Translations under genes and position numbers: made by a program
Part shown: piece by piece, positions 63,747-64,000 of the stretch
Position numbering within the stretch: the stretch's first letter is position 1
Layout: each line of letters starts with the position of its first letter
NCBI GenBank assembly: GCA_029717555.1
Contig: JAMDHS010000082.1
Location: 1 to 64,000, forward strand
Length of the DNA stretch: 64,000 bases
Source of the DNA: Peribolospora baueri
Lineage: Eukaryota
Direction of reading: 5' to 3'
The notes under the pieces: generated by a model
Told to the model about the DNA's origin: nothing
Databases searched by the model: none
What the model saw: only the letters and a program-made list of their open reading frames with translations

Positions 63747-64000
63747 TTAAAGCCTGGCGGGGACGTAGGCGCTCCACTGCCGCTTGCTCTTCACCTTGTC
63801 CAGGTCTTGCGGCGTGATGGGCTTGCAGGTGTCTCCGGCGTTGTAGCCAAGCCTGACGGAGAAAGAGAGCGGTACGGACGACGATCCGAAGTCAACGTGA
63901 AGAATCACAAGGGACGGAAAAAAGGGGCGGTTCTAAGAGGAATAAGCCAAGCCGGCCGGGTCAAAAAAAAAAAAAGAAAATACTCACCGATCCACGCCCG
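63747..64000 (-). CDS. 3' end of a gene running off the window, ending in a PTS1-like ARL*
   Basis: GTGAGT...CAG intron, then LGYNAGDTCKPITPQDLDKVKSKRQWSAYVPARL*. Confidence 0.55.

Overview
Eukaryotic, GC-rich, intron-rich and gene-dense DNA, most likely from a basidiomycete fungus (inferred from short GT-AG introns and the gene families present). About 18 recognisable spliced genes: MFS permease, GCV1, SWS2, XAP5, DUF202 protein, ALKBH6-like, F-box/WD40/UIM, AKR1, HST3/4-type sirtuin, NsdD-type GATA factor, Gfd2/QIP-like exonuclease, RPL5, Zn2Cys6 factor, HapX, MARVEL protein, biotin carboxylase, alpha/beta hydrolase, DIM1 and AP-1 beta. Exon joins were inferred by eye, so CDS coordinates give gene spans including introns. 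Best leads: (1) a repeat-rich block between DIM1 and APL2 (56.9-59.15 kb) with a 79-bp near-perfect inverted repeat and a 188-bp tandem array that looks structured; (2) a HEIP1/REDIC1-like meiotic gene visible only after splicing a 29-nt first exon; (3) a frameshifted TET/JBP-like dioxygenase relic next to the AlkB gene; (4) a bacterial-type single-chain acyl-CoA carboxylase with an EALKM biotin motif; (5) a hydrolase lacking its catalytic serine. All family assignments come from motif recognition; no searches were run.
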